A stretch of DNA of 64,000 bases. Source: Phoronis australis. Lineage: Eukaryota > Animalia > Phoronida. The notes beneath the pieces were generated by a model. It saw only the letters and a program-made list of their open reading frames with translations. It searched no databases and had not been told where the DNA came from. Of the stretch, positions 1-13,114 are shown piece after piece. Position numbers and translations under genes: made by a program. Numbering within the stretch: the stretch's first letter is position 1; every line of letters starts with the position of its first letter. Location: NCBI GenBank assembly GCA_002633005.1, contig NMRA01000236.1, positions 91,907 through 155,906 of the forward strand. Direction: 5' to 3'.

Positions 1-1283
1 CCTACTTCTTTTTGTTATGCTTATTACACGTTTTATATTTTGTGCAATCGGTTCTTAACAAATTTGTTGTATTTAAAATAGTCTTCAAATGCCCAAAAGA
101 CCAAATCTGTTTTTCGTGTTGGCAATAATGACGGGATTGCTTTGGAAATCGTCTTAAGTTAAGGTTTGACAAAGAGAGAATTAATGAGTTTGTGAGTGAT
201 TCACTAAGGCTTCGATTAAAATTCACATCTTACCAGCAGCTTCTGTTTTTTCATCGTCACTCAGGTTCCATTTTCTTTAAAAATGAAGTAAATTTTCTCC
301 ATTGCACAGTGGAGCAGACGATGGAAGTTCTTACAGAAGCTACACTGTCTCTAGCTAGAGATGGTAGTCACTGTCTAACATAAGCGCTGAGTAAATATAA
401 AGTAAGTTCAACAATTGTGAAACAAAGACTTGTTTCTGTGTGTATTTAGAACACACCTTGTCTCTGGCTATACATTACTTACATCACTATAAGGATTTTA
501 AGATGGTGATTGAATTGCTGTGAACAGGTTTTTTATTATTGCCACAGTAGGGTTTGCTTTAGTGATCCGCAGATTGCCAATTTGACCTCAGATTTTGTTT
601 GGCAACCTGGTGAAAAGTCACCTTGCACACATCCTAGCTTGCACTCAGAATACTACAAGGAGTAAACACGAGTCAGAAACATTCAGCAAAAATAGGAAGG
701 GCCTGTTATGAGTAATGTGTACCATTCATCTGCCACTGCCTTAGGAGGTGAACCTGCGGGATTTTGTAACGCTATAGGTAATTTGGTTATTACAGAACAC
801 GCTAGGCACTTCTTATTTTCTGTTTGACAAAAAGTTTTTAAAATGCCAACTGGGTTTGATGGTTCTTCATTTCTAGTTTCTTGTTTATTTCACTTCAGGC
901 TGTTGCTAACTATGTGAAGCATCAGATGGAATCTCATTTCTAAAGTCAGGACTTTCACCCCCCCCCCNGCTTTCCCCCCCCCCCCCCCCCCCCCCATAGT
1001 ACTTCCTTCTTTTGGCCACTTCGGTTCTCATTGAGCAACCTGGGAATTTTGCCAGGTTACCTTTGCTGAGTTGACATTATTCTAAGCGTTGAGCCCTAAG
1101 TGAAAACCTTGACAACAATTGCTATATAAGTTATACTAACATCATTTCTAGTGTTGTTATCAGAAGTGAACTGAATTTAAGAACGTCTTGGAAGAGAGAA
1201 CCCACTAATGACCTCTTTTCAGGACTTTCCTTTCAATTTTTTTTTTTTTTTAAGGATTTTAACTGTATTTTATTTATTTTCAG

Positions 1284-4200
1284 CAATCAAGACAAATCTA
1301 ATGAAGACTTAACTAGCCAGTCAGAAGGTTCTTTACAAATAAGCCAAGGTAATTCTTACTGTTAATAAGGCTGTCAGAAGCAATGATCATGTTTCAGCAT
1401 TGAAGATAGATTTTACATCATTCTGCTTTCTAAATGCTTGAGGTTGAGAAAGTAATAGCATACTTGTATCTAGTATCATATGTTTTTTTTTATTCCTTTC
1501 CAGCACGTGACAATATAAATTTGATCTTTGCAGCCAAAACGTTTCTAAGTCACATGGATTCATCTGGTTGCATTAAAAAGTCATCTTCTGTAGAATTGGC
1601 CATCTTTGTCTATGCCGTGTTTCAATTGGCCATCTTTGTCTGCGCCGTGTTTCAATTACTTATTGATCTATTTTAGATGGGGATGATGGTCCCATTTTGG
1701 ATTCAGCAGTTCAGTACCAGTTCAGAGCAGATCCATCTGGCCAAGGTAAACTATATGGTACATTACCAGTCTTTACGGTTCTCGTTTTTGTGTTAAAGTT
1801 GTTTGTAGTAATGATGTCTGTTAAAACCGCTTTTTACCCAGGTAGTTGAGAAAACTACGTAAGTCATTTTGACCTCTTACGAACCTTGTAAAACCAATCT
1901 TGACTTGTTCTTTACTTCAGTTAGAAGTGATTCTGGGCTTGATGCTAAATGATTTGCTAAGTAAAGCCAAATTTCTTAGCCTGGTGTCATTCATTACTAA
2001 ACTGCCAGTTCTTTGCGATCCGAAAAGTCACTCCTGAACTTGTTCTCTGGTGAATAAGAACTAATTGAAATGTGTAAAACATAACTCCACCCATTTTTTG
2101 GGGGGAAGCAACCAGTCTTGCAGTTTTTCTTCGAGACGGTGATGACGACTTACTTCTATACCGTTACAGGAAACATGGATGGAGATACACACAATTTAAG
2201 TATAACATTCAGGCAGCTGTGTTTGGTTAAATTAAAAAAACTAATTCATCAAATTACCATTTCTCTGCAGTAAATTACGAAGTAACTATGTCTTTCATGT
2301 TCACTATCTACGTCGCAGTCAGTGAGATTTTTGTCATTCCTTTGGTTAAAACAACTATGGCCAGCTAATGTGAGGTTCTGCTTGTGTTACAAACTAGCAA
2401 AAATAACATAGAGGCAGTTTATTGGTTCGGTTACTTGGGTTATCTCAAAGGATTAACCACTCATCTGACATGTTGTACTTTTGATTTACAAATAGTCAAG
2501 AAATTGCACTGTAAAAACTTTGGAAGATTGCATGGTCTTTCTATGAGTAGCTCTGTTGTAGCCCAGTTCCACACTCGTAAGGCTAACACTGATTGAGCTC
2601 TTCTTACATTGTAGGCCAGGTAACGTATAGAGTGGTACAGGTTAACGAAGCTGGTGAGGGTGAATCAGTCATGACTACGACGGCACTTCCACCTGGAACC
2701 CAGGTGGCGCAGGTGAGAAAGCCATTATGTGTAATAGTTGTGACTTTCCCCCCACAGACTGGGCTTTTTACAAAAAAAAATGTGTAGACCAAGGCTTTTA
2801 CATCCAAGTTTAAAAAACACTCATCTGTAGTGAGCTGATACTAAAAAAACTGCAGACCAAGACTTTTACATCTATAAATTTCCAAAAACAGCCAAGTAGC
2901 TTACCAAACAAATATTAGAGATATTGGTTAAAACAATGAGTACACTATGTTTTTGGTGATCTCGAGTCAAATTGATGTTATAAAGTTTGACATATCATCT
3001 TAATTAGCTTTGATATTCTGTAAAATGAGTCGTCAGAGCTGCAATCACAAAACAAGGAAAATGCACATAATTATGATGTGTGGTTTATATTTTGGCAATA
3101 GATGTCACTTCTGTTCCATGTTAAAAGCTTAAAATGCACATTGAAAAGCATGAAACTGGCGCAAACTCAAAAGCTTAAATGGGCACATTCTTGTGGCACA
3201 ATACAGTATTAAAATGATATTTATTTCGCTTTTGATGTTTTTAAAAATGATGAAAATCATGGAATTACAGCTCTGAAACACCAGTTTGGAGTTACATTAT
3301 GAACCCTGTATATGGTAATGAACTATGGAGCCAAGATCAGCGGGAGCATGGTTGGCAGTGGAAGAAACTTTGACTTTGCTTGAAAGGTATTGAATATTCA
3401 ATGCTTTCAACCAAGTTTGAACATGGCAACATTGTATATACTGTGTAGATACGTTGTATATTTCTTCCTACTTTGAAAAAGAGCCAACACCTGAGCTCCC
3501 TCCTCCCTTCAGCTATGTGCCTGGACTTCCTAGTAATCGTTTCAATGTGTGTGTCCAAACTTGAAATGTTCCTATGGACAGTGGGTGTCCAAATGATACA
3601 TTGGGCGTCCTTGCCAGGGCAGGCCAGATTAGTGCTAGGGACGCCCAGGACCTGTGCTGTGTAAAGGCCTGTTTCTCAGGTTAAGCACATACGCCATTTG
3701 TATTTGCAGGCTGTTATTCAAAGTCCCTTCAGTAATGGTAGTGGCAGTCCAACCCCTGAAGGGCTGACAGAGACGAGATTTGCCTATGTTCCAGCTGTGT
3801 CAGCTGGGGGTGATGGTGTTCAAGTGACAACTGCTGAGGCTGTTGGAACGTTAGGACAGGTGGCAACACAAGGAGGTGGGTTAGGTGCAGTGGGAGCTGA
3901 TATCTAATTTGACTCGATTGACATCTGTGGATGTCCATAAGATTCTAGTTTGTGTTAGATTATTGCAAATCTTGAGCATTGTAGTGGGAGCTGATATCTA
4001 ATTTGACTATATTGACGTCTGTGGATGTCCATAAGATTCTAGTTTGTGTTAGATTATTGCAAATCTTGAGCGTTGTTGCAAATTGAAAGTCTTTATAAGA
4101 TATTGCCATGCATCATAAGTGAAGCATGTCCTCTACTAGCTTTACTTGTGTCTTGTGTACCTGCGGAATGCTCCCCATTACTTACTCTTGGTTTCCTGAT

Positions 4201-6949
4201 ATGACAAAATGTTCATAAAATCAGTTGTTAGGTGTCAAATTGTAGTGTGCATGATGGGCAGAATTGATGGAGACAAAAAGGGATTCCTTTTGTTCAAAGT
4301 CATTTGAAGACAGTTTTGTGTGAAGCACCTCTCAATTTTGATTATGTGATGGTCAAAAAATATAGAAAACGATGGGAAATTGCATGGCATTAAGTTGCAG
4401 TTAAAAGTGCTGAATGTCTGTCCACCACCTGCTCTATTGCCATCTAGCTACAATATCTTGACACTATATTGGAAAATGGCTATTAAGTCCAGACCACAGA
4501 AATCAGTCGTCTAGTGTCATGATGGACTGGTTCTGTGCTTAAAAGAATTATTTTAGTCTGTGGTTATCAGCTAATCGTTTTCGCACTTTGAAATGCAGGT
4601 TTGCCTTTTGGAAAGTTGACTCAGAAAGACTGTAATTAGGTCAGAAAGTTGATTGTTTATAAGCTTTTAACCACAACAAAGTAGTTAAATTTTCTCACAT
4701 TCTGTGCCTGCCATGTGAACAGGACAATTCTATGTGATGATGTCGCCACAAGATGTCTTGCAAGGCCCTAGGACGATTGCACCAAGAACTCAATTTTCAA
4801 AACCAGAGGCCATCCGAGCAACGTCCCGGGATGACCGAAGACGACATACGCACAATGAAGGTGATTATAGTATTCTGTTCCTATTTTAGCACCATTCTAA
4901 TGTTAAGATGCTTGTTGATCACACTGTGGCTCAAATAAGACAAGCCAATGCACTGGAGACTTGGCTTTATCATCTATGGTGCTGATGTGACCAATTATTG
5001 TTACCCACTGTTGATTCGTGTTATTTCCAAAGTCAGAAATTGTTCACTGACTCATAGGAAGCTACAGAGGTGCCCTCTATGTTCCATTTACTTGGATGCC
5101 TTACATACGCGCAATTCCTTGCAATTGGGGGAAAGGGCTGCATTGACGTGCGGTGTGACATGGGTAATTTTTTTTCAAGATTGACTGAACATTAAACTAA
5201 ATTTAAGATGGTCTTGCAAATTTAAGATGGTCTTGCATATTTAAAAAGGTCTTGCAAATTTAATATGTCTTCGCAAATTCAAGATTGCCTCGCAAATTTA
5301 AGATGTTCTTGCAAATTTAAGATGTTCTTGCAAATTTAAGATGCCCTTGCAAATTTAAGATGGTCTTGCAAATTTAAGATGTCCTTGCAAATTTAAGATG
5401 GTCTTTCAAATTCTGTAACACAGTATGCCTGGATTGATTCTGTCATTTAGAAAATTGCCATTTTCATTTTAAGTTAAATTGACCTTCGGATAGCAAAAGT
5501 TGATGCATCCGCATCCCATACCATAAATTTGTGGGATACTAGTTCTCTTATCCAGGCACCAGAATGTGTCATTCAGCCAGTCGTTTTCTCTACAACTGAC
5601 AGTTGATTTTTTAATATGATACCTGAGTGTTTTCTTGTATTTTGGATAAACTCAAAACTTTTGGTTGCTTGAAGTGCTGCTAAAATGAAGTGATCTCTAC
5701 AGATCGTTAGTCTAAGTCTGCTGGAGGTGGTGTTCAGTACCACTGCTATCCCATGTCTCACTATCTGTAAAATGGTAAATATTGAAAAACAGTTTTGACA
5801 TGGAGTAAAATCAAGGTTTGTCCTGTTACGTTGACTAGCAGAATTTGTTGAAAATCTCGTCATTGTCGGGTGTTCAAAATATTTGTTTACCTGCTTCTAG
5901 TGGAGAGGAGGAGGCGAGATAAGATCAACAACTGGATTGTCAACTTGTCCAAGCTCATTCCTGACTGTTCACAAGACCATAGTAAACAAGGACAGGTGGT
6001 AAGTAACCTCTTTGTTAACCTTCCTCAGTCACACTTCTCTGAAAGCATGGCCCACAGTATGAGTAACCCCAGAAACTGGGGACATTCGGCTTTAGTACAA
6101 GGGTTCTGCATTTTGCGAACCAGTTTTTCATTGAGTAACAGGTATAAAACTAGTTCTCAGAATGTGGGACCCCTGTATTAAGTGACTATTCCCCAGCTTA
6201 GTTTTCGAAATTGTTTTTACAACATCTCAGTTGCAGAAAGTTGTATTGAAAATTATGACTGGTTCTTATAAAAAAAACTCAAAAAAAATTGTGAAATGCA
6301 TGAAAAACTTTTTAAAGATTTATTCTTGGGTATTTATAGGAAGCAATATTTGGACTTGTTTTGATTACATTCTTTTGCTATAAGCATACCTTCATTTTGT
6401 TAAAGAAACATGCTCACTTAAACCAATTAATGCTTGTTTGATAGAGTCTAAACTTAAATTCCATACGTTTTGTGATTAACTTTTAGGGAGTTTCATTCTA
6501 TGATTTTGTAGATATATGGCTACAGTAAAAATGATTCAGTTGGGACACAATGAGTTATACAATTGAAATTTCATTTTGCCAAATTTCTTAAGAAAACTTA
6601 ACTTTTCGTGAAAGTGTACATATCTATTTTGCGTGATCTGCATGGCATTGCTGATTTCAACATAGAACTTGTAAATGGTGTTGCAGTTGGATGCTTTAGT
6701 TGACGTCATTCTCGTCTTAAATTATTTCAGAGTAAAGGTGGCATTTTAGCAAAAGCATGCGACTACATCACTGACCTGCGAACAGCCAACGCGCGTATGG
6801 CCGAGAGTTTAAAAGAAATGGAACGGATATCAGTTGACCTTGAGTTGGCACGGCAACAGTGTGATGAACTAAAACAGGAGAATGAATTGTTGAAAGCACA
6901 GATGCAGCAACATGGAATTCCAACAGATTTTGCCTCAAGCAATCCGTAG
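1284..6949 (+). CDS. USF: Upstream stimulatory factor (USF1/2-like bHLH-leucine zipper transcription factor), spliced, 5'-partial. Exons 1284-1348, 1677-1745, 2615-2712, 3710-3875, 4723-4860, 5901-5995 (or 5998), 6731-6949
   Basis: Phase-consistent GT-AG exons translate to USF hallmarks: VQYQFR..GQVTYRVVQV, AVIQSPFSNG, USF-specific region QFYVMMSPQDVLQG..RTIAPRT, basic/HLH RRRHTHNEVERRRRDKINNWIVNLSKLIPDC..SKGGILAKACDYITDLR, then a zipper and TAG at 6947-6949. Exon 1284 needs a phase-2 upstream exon that I could not find in the window. Confidence 0.95.
3890..4074. repeat. Two-copy ~94-bp tandem duplication in a USF intron
   Basis: gtgggagctgatatctaatttgact...gcaaatcttgagc starts at 3890 and again at 3984, nearly identical. 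Confidence 0.9.
5198..5412. repeat. ~19-bp minisatellite (gcaaatttaagatggtctt)n, about 11 degenerate copies
   Basis: Repeated caaatttaagatg core visible directly. Confidence 0.9.
6096..6190. mobile_element. Short palindromic MITE-like element, copy 1 (family also at ~30513-30622 and ~45717-45820)
   Basis: attttgcgaaccagtt...aactagttctcagaat..ggacccctgta..gtgactatt resembles the other two copies; internal inverted symmetry. Confidence 0.6.
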
Positions 6950-7894
6950 CATTGATGTTGTAGAGGGACAATGGGGGGAACTGTGAATATCAAAGATACA
7001 TATAAACACTTTTCTAGTTGCCTGTTTGTAAATAGTTATTGTGCACCGCTTTTATCTCATCAGGGGATGTTCTATTTGTGTGGTGTCATTAAACACTCAT
7101 AGCGTCTAGGTGGTCTGATTTCATTTTTTAACAGTCTTTTGGTTTTAGGAGTCCGAATGTTTTGCAGATATGTGGGAGTAAATTATTGATTGTATTGATT
7201 TGTTAAGTCTGGATACTAGAAACTGAAAGTATTCTCCTTAAAGGTTTATGACTAGTCTGCTCAGTGTTGAGACCTTAAAAATCGTATCTTTTCTGACGTG
7301 TCTTATTGGAACATTACACATGCTTTAGTTATAGTTATACCATGTTGTCATGTTCAAGATTTGTTGTAAGTATTTTAAATGTATGTCTTTGGTTACATAA
7401 AGGTGTTATTTCTTTCAGTATGTTGCCATGGAATTAGCAAATAATTACCTGGCTGTGCATTCAAGCAAGTTTTATAAGTTATTCATTCTTTCCAATATGC
7501 ACATTTTGACAAATCAGTATGAAAAAATGAGCTACAAAAAATGCAAGAAAATTCTTGACTGCAGAACACAATTGCACTTAATGTTTGTTATTTTTAAAGC
7601 ACTTTTGTGTCACTTAAACCCGCTGTGAGTTTGTGTTTAATACTAGGATTGTAGTAGTTTAATTAATGGAACTTTCAGTAAACTGGGTTGATAAAAACGG
7701 TGTAATATTTATTAGTATCTTTCACAGGATTTGTTAGCAGTGAAACTTGTGAAAATGGAATTTTCGTTTGCGTGTTTTTGACGTTGAAATTTCTAGTTCT
7801 TTTTTCCTGGTCAGGTAGTGTACATACAGTAGAAGACAATTTGTAATGCAATTAAGTACTGTCTCCCAGTCATGACGTTTAATAATGCGAACAG

Positions 7895-8050
7895 CAAAAA
7901 TGACTGGTAATAAATGTTATGGGGGCAAAATGACTGGTAATAAATGTTATGGGGGCAAAATGACTGGTAATAAATGTTATGGGGGCAAAATGACTGGTAA
8001 TAAATGTTATGGGGGCAAAATGACTGGTAATAAATGTTATGGGGGCAAAA
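7895..8050. repeat. 30-bp tandem repeat x5 (gcaaaatgactggtaataaatgttatgggg), probably within the USF 3' UTR
   Basis: Five essentially identical head-to-tail units with no spacers. Confidence 0.95.
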
Positions 8051-8650
8051 TTCCAAAATGGCAATGAATTCAGCTTTTGCACAGCCTTTTTTGACAGGGA
8101 ATTCTGGGTCATTTTGTCTGAATACTTTTGGCTTGTATTGTATAGTGTTTTGTTTTGATGTAGTTTGTTGGGCTTGTTTGTAAACTGTTTTATTAATTAA
8201 AATGTTTTGTCCTGTATGTTAGCAGGTCAAAAACTGCCAGCTTCAAAGGAAGATAATGAATTGATTTATTCAGCAAAAAATAACTCCTGTGAACTCCATT
8301 CCAATCACAGCAGCAGCGTATCCATAAATAACAAAAGGTGATAGCTTGCCTTATTTCACGACTCCATTGTGTTGAACGGGATGTCCTAAAGTAACGACAG
8401 TTCATGTGAATACATTTTCCAGTGGTTATTGGCCATGTTTTCCAATTAAATTGAAAGTATCATCTGCCATCTCACACTAAATTGCTTGAAAAGCATTTCA
8501 TAGGATCATAGCATCCATTTGGCTTAAACTTAGGGAATAGTTCTTTTCCATTTTCTGAGATATCTATTTTTTCTGAATTGTTCTCCTAGGAAACTGAATT
8601 TTAAGAGCTGTCCAATTGTCAAGAAGCTTTTGAAAAGCCTTGACGTCCAC

Positions 8651-8656
8651 AATAAA
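8651..8656 (+). terminator. Candidate polyadenylation signal for USF
   Basis: AATAAA followed by T/GT-rich sequence at the end of a T-rich UTR-like stretch; inference only. Confidence 0.4.
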
Positions 8657-10474
8657 ACGCTTTGTTACTCAGAATGTTTTGTTTTATTGCCTGATCCCAT
8701 GTGCCTTACTCAATGTGATTTCGTGACCTGCAAGAACTGACGCCTGTCGTCATTCCTTGAGACCGAGCATTTCATTAACTGAGCCGCCGTGACAAGCCAG
8801 CTTGTAGAGTCTGGTCTCGTACAATTAGCTAACGAGGTACCAGTTCTTTGAAAGCCTTCAAAGGCCTCCTCTTCTAGATAAACCATTTCAGGTCACCAAA
8901 CCAGGAAAAGTGCCACGTCACAAAACCTGGTGTCTCGAAACCGCAGTCCAAGTCCCTATAGAAAACACTAGACAGTAAAAAACGCACACCCAGGAAACGC
9001 AGACGTTTTGCAGAGCTCTACGATATTTTATGTTTAAGAGGCATTTCAATTCGTAAAAAACTTTGACTTCCGGTGCTCATCATTAACCACCATGAATGTA
9101 CCGTGTACGCAATACCTGAAGATGGCCTGAGAAATAATCTACCCAAACGTAGTGCCAGTGTAATGTGCTAGGGGTTCGGGTGTAAATAGACTAATTGATT
9201 TTGGAAACGACTGAACTGACAATTAGCTACTCAGACAGCTGGTCACTGTGACTTGAAAATATTTTACCTTGGTCCAAAGTGTTATTTCTCGGCTTGAAAA
9301 GAACTGGAAGCCGAGAAATAACACTGACTAAGGAACAATTTGAGACTCAAATCCGTATAACCGGCAGCAGGTGGCCTAAATCAAAACTTGGTGACAAAAA
9401 GCAGTGCGGCACCCATTTAATGCCGCTTTGATGTGTCAATTGTGTGTAACTTAATTATGATTAATACACTATGAATTGCAAATTTTTAAAATAAATAAGT
9501 TACATTAATATTATCGGAAACGATCACTCCGACGAACACGGCCCTGATTGAAGTGAGACTTAAGGTTGTGTGCCTACAAGAAACTAGTAAAACAAAACAT
9601 CATTAGGATGGCTCTTCACCTTTCTACATGATTCGATTTCATGAGAAAGCCGGACTTCGAAATGAACTAACACGTGAATCGCCCGAAGACATCAACTGAA
9701 ATGTTGCCCTAGAGCGAAAAGGAAACGTACAGCGACCACTTTTCGGCCATGCATTCATCGGTTACAAGGATGCTGACTCTTTTTTTGGGTGATTTCTACC
9801 AATCCTCGTTGTTGTTCGTTTGATTCCATTCAAGTAAATAGTATGCCCCACAACATTGCCCACTCACCCGGATTTTAGGTATAGCGGTGCAGCATTACAT
9901 TTTGACTCCTAGAAAAAAACTTTACCCCCCCCCCCTAAAAAATAAAGAAAATGTTTGGCTATTTAAAGCTGCATCGACCCCCAGTTTAACGGGTTAAAAA
10001 CGAAGAAAAACGAACCAGACCTTTTATTCTCGCTAAATTTTGTCATTAATCTCATTTAATCTCATAATATTCCTTATTTACAGGAGTCTATTTCCCTTAC
10101 CAAAAATAACATCGAAACTATCAGCGAATTGAATTAAAACGCTTCAGAGTTCTATGATTACGGTTGGTTAAACCTGAAATACTAAGCCGCACGCGTACAC
10201 CCCCATGAAAAGTTACTCATCTCAAGATACTCAATCTTCGTTAAAACACGACTGTAGACGAAGTTTATGAAAACGAAGGGCCACTACCGAACTATTGATC
10301 TCAAAATACAGCGAATATCAAATGACACATTGAGTTATAATTAACACATACCATGACTATAGAACAGTGACGGATTTAGGGGTCCAAGGGGGCCATGCCT
10401 CCCTAAAATTCTCCCAGCTTCCATTTGGCAGTTCGGGGGTACGAATGTCTGACGGTCGGTAAAATTCGCCATGC

Positions 10475-10705
10475 ATTCAGTCACCTTAATTCCCGTAGAC
10501 ATGCTTCATTGAGGATACGAGAACCAGAAAGTGTCGCTGAAGTAAGCGCTTTCTAAGTGTAAAATGTAATTTTGACGAAGTGAAAACCTCTTGTTCTGTG
10601 AGCGTGTTTGGCCGTTTAAAATACACGGGATGAAAGTAAAACAAAGATCGACGGGTATTGTTGTAGCCCCTATATAACCAGCCGAGGGGCTGTGTGGTGC
10701 CTAAT
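10475..10705 (+). mobile_element. Dispersed repeat ending in an agcccct..aggggct hairpin; diverged inverted copy at ~39172-39420
   Basis: Colinear matches to the reverse complement of 39172-39420: agtcaccttaatt, taagtgt..aatgta.tttt..gtgaaaa, tttaaaataca, gtagccccta...ccgaggggct. Confidence 0.6.
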
Positions 10706-13114
10706 GAGCGTGGTGTGTAGTCAGCCGAGGGGCTATGTGTTGTCTTTTAAGAGAGCATGGTAATATTAAACCTCAAAGTAATTAAGAAATCAACATAGAC
10801 AATTAAACAGGGCGAAATGCACGTGTAGCTTTAAAATGAGGAATAAATTAGCACTAAATAATTGAGTACAAGTAATTTTTCATCAAGTTCCTTCATGAAA
10901 ATAGCCAAAATCACACAAAATTTGAATTGTTTTTTAAACAACTGAATTATGATGAATTGTTTTTTAAATAAACTTTCAAGCAATAAAACCCATGCATTGT
11001 TCATAATTTTTTACTTTAGTTTATTATTTACTAAAAAACTGGCTCTTCTTTACTCACAGCACATTTAATCAAGGTTTGCAAGTTTGCACTTAAAGCAAAG
11101 GCTACCCAAAGTATGTCCAATTTACGAGATAATTTAATCTAATGAGGTTTCAGGTCATGCGTTTATTTTCAAAATCCTAACAAATTCATGACCAAATTGC
11201 ACAATAACAGTTAATCCCCTCACTAGAAACATGACAATTGTGTCATGCCACCAAACTGTACCTACAACGTGATGATGACACACAGCTTCATAGAAGGAAA
11301 GTATCAACACTTAACACCAAAAAAATGGACAAAATGACCCCAAATTCCCCCTCGAGATAGCAGCACAAGTGAAATTCTTCATCACAACAACTGAGCAAGC
11401 CCAACTCCTGTGATGAAGGCAAAACAGTGATGAAGGCAAAACAGAAATTTGTCTTGCTATATTTGGCATGTACTGTAGATGGCATAACCAACATATACAC
11501 ATAATCATCCCAACGAAAATTAAAACCAGAATCCTTCAAAACATTCTTAACTTTCAAGTACTGGTTATGTGGACCCTTAACTCACTTGCTCTGTGTCTGG
11601 ACTCACTCTTACAAATACAAAATGAGAAGCCTCTGAAAAAATCTGAAAATTGAAGGGGTAACAGACAGCCTAGAAGTCCAGTTAAAGAACAGTGATTGAC
11701 ACTTAGAAAAAAGGAATGTTAAGTGTTACAGGTTACCTTGTGAGTGTGGATGGTAGGCGGAAATGGGTTATTTCAAATGCTTGTCAAGATGAACTGATCA
11801 CGTTTGTACTTTTAACTAACTGAACGAGCACAAGGGTATTTAAATGAGCAACAAGCACATATAAAGCATATACAATTACTAACAGTTCAAGAAACGATAC
11901 ATGTTGCATGAATCTTCCTAAAGAAAAATCACAGAAATGAGTTTACAATTTATACATCAACAAAATATAGACAAAAATGTTGGTCTTAAACCAGTTGACT
12001 ATTAAAGAACTGCATTTTGTAGCAAATTAGGATGTTGAAAAAGTAAAAGTTCACGATGAGCGTTTTGACATAAAACTCCATCTTCATAGACAACCATAAG
12101 GATGAAAGAGTAATAGAATTTACAACATAACAATAACTTTCAACTGTTTACTTGTGCAGTAGCCAATCTGAAAAAGCATCAACAATAAAAACATTCAATG
12201 CAATACACCTTGAAAATTCAAATGCTCTTACTGAGAAAATCGGGCAACGTTCACTTGCTGGACCCTATAAAGCAACATAGGATGATGCCCTATGGGTCTT
12301 TTGAAAGACATCTGTGAGAAATGTTAGGAAGTTGGGATTCCTCTACACAAACTTCAGAAAAGTGACACGTTTCATAAACCTTTTCATGTTTTATCAAACT
12401 CACTTTGTGCACAAGAAAAATTGATTGAATATGATCGTCAGTTTAACAGTAGTCCGTTCTAATAAAACAGTGTTTGGAGGCAGTGTACAGATTCACAACT
12501 ATTTACATTTTACACATTTTAATGACACATGCAGGCAATGTAGACAGGACCTCGGTAGACATCATTTCTCTTTACAAGCAAGCTTTCCACATTAAACCCA
12601 TCAGAACAAATAAATTAAACAAAATTACATGGCGGGAAGTGTCTCGTATAAAATATCAAAATACTCAAGTTATTTACTCAAATACATTTGGCAATTTTAA
12701 CAGATTCTGTGCAGTTCCTTAAAAAAGATTTGTAATTCACAAATCTGTTAATATATTGACATCATAAGATTAACCACACAAAAATTCATCAAAATCACAA
12801 ATGTACTTGAACACCTAATTTCTAAACACTTTGACATTATGTCTATGTTTTGACAGGCTTTCCTGTAACAAGACCCAAGTCCCGTTCGTTCAATGGTACA
12901 TTTTCAGGTAAAGATTGCCAGAAAACACAGCACCGCACAGATGAGAATTCTGAACAAGCATAACAACGACATAACAACAAAATCAGTAGTGGAAGGATGT
13001 CGGTGGATGGACATAAAAATGTCCAATGATACGACGATGAACAACGCCGAGCGCGACGACATCTTTATGAAACAGTGATCATGGAGGATATGAAGAAGCT
13101 AGAGGGTGCCGGTG

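Noticed and set aside
321-363. ATG..MEVLTEATLSLARD as USF first coding exon
   Set aside because: Its GT donors are phase 1, while exon 1284 needs phase 2; direct joining gives an early stop.
957-995. Poly-C tract as a regulatory G-quadruplex
   Set aside because: Contains an N joint; homopolymer length is unreliable.
7895-8050. CRISPR-like array or repeat-protein ORFs (also 16070-16390, 18252-18905)
   Set aside because: Units are contiguous with no unique spacers, the context is eukaryotic and no cas genes are present; the ORFs are by-products of the repeats.
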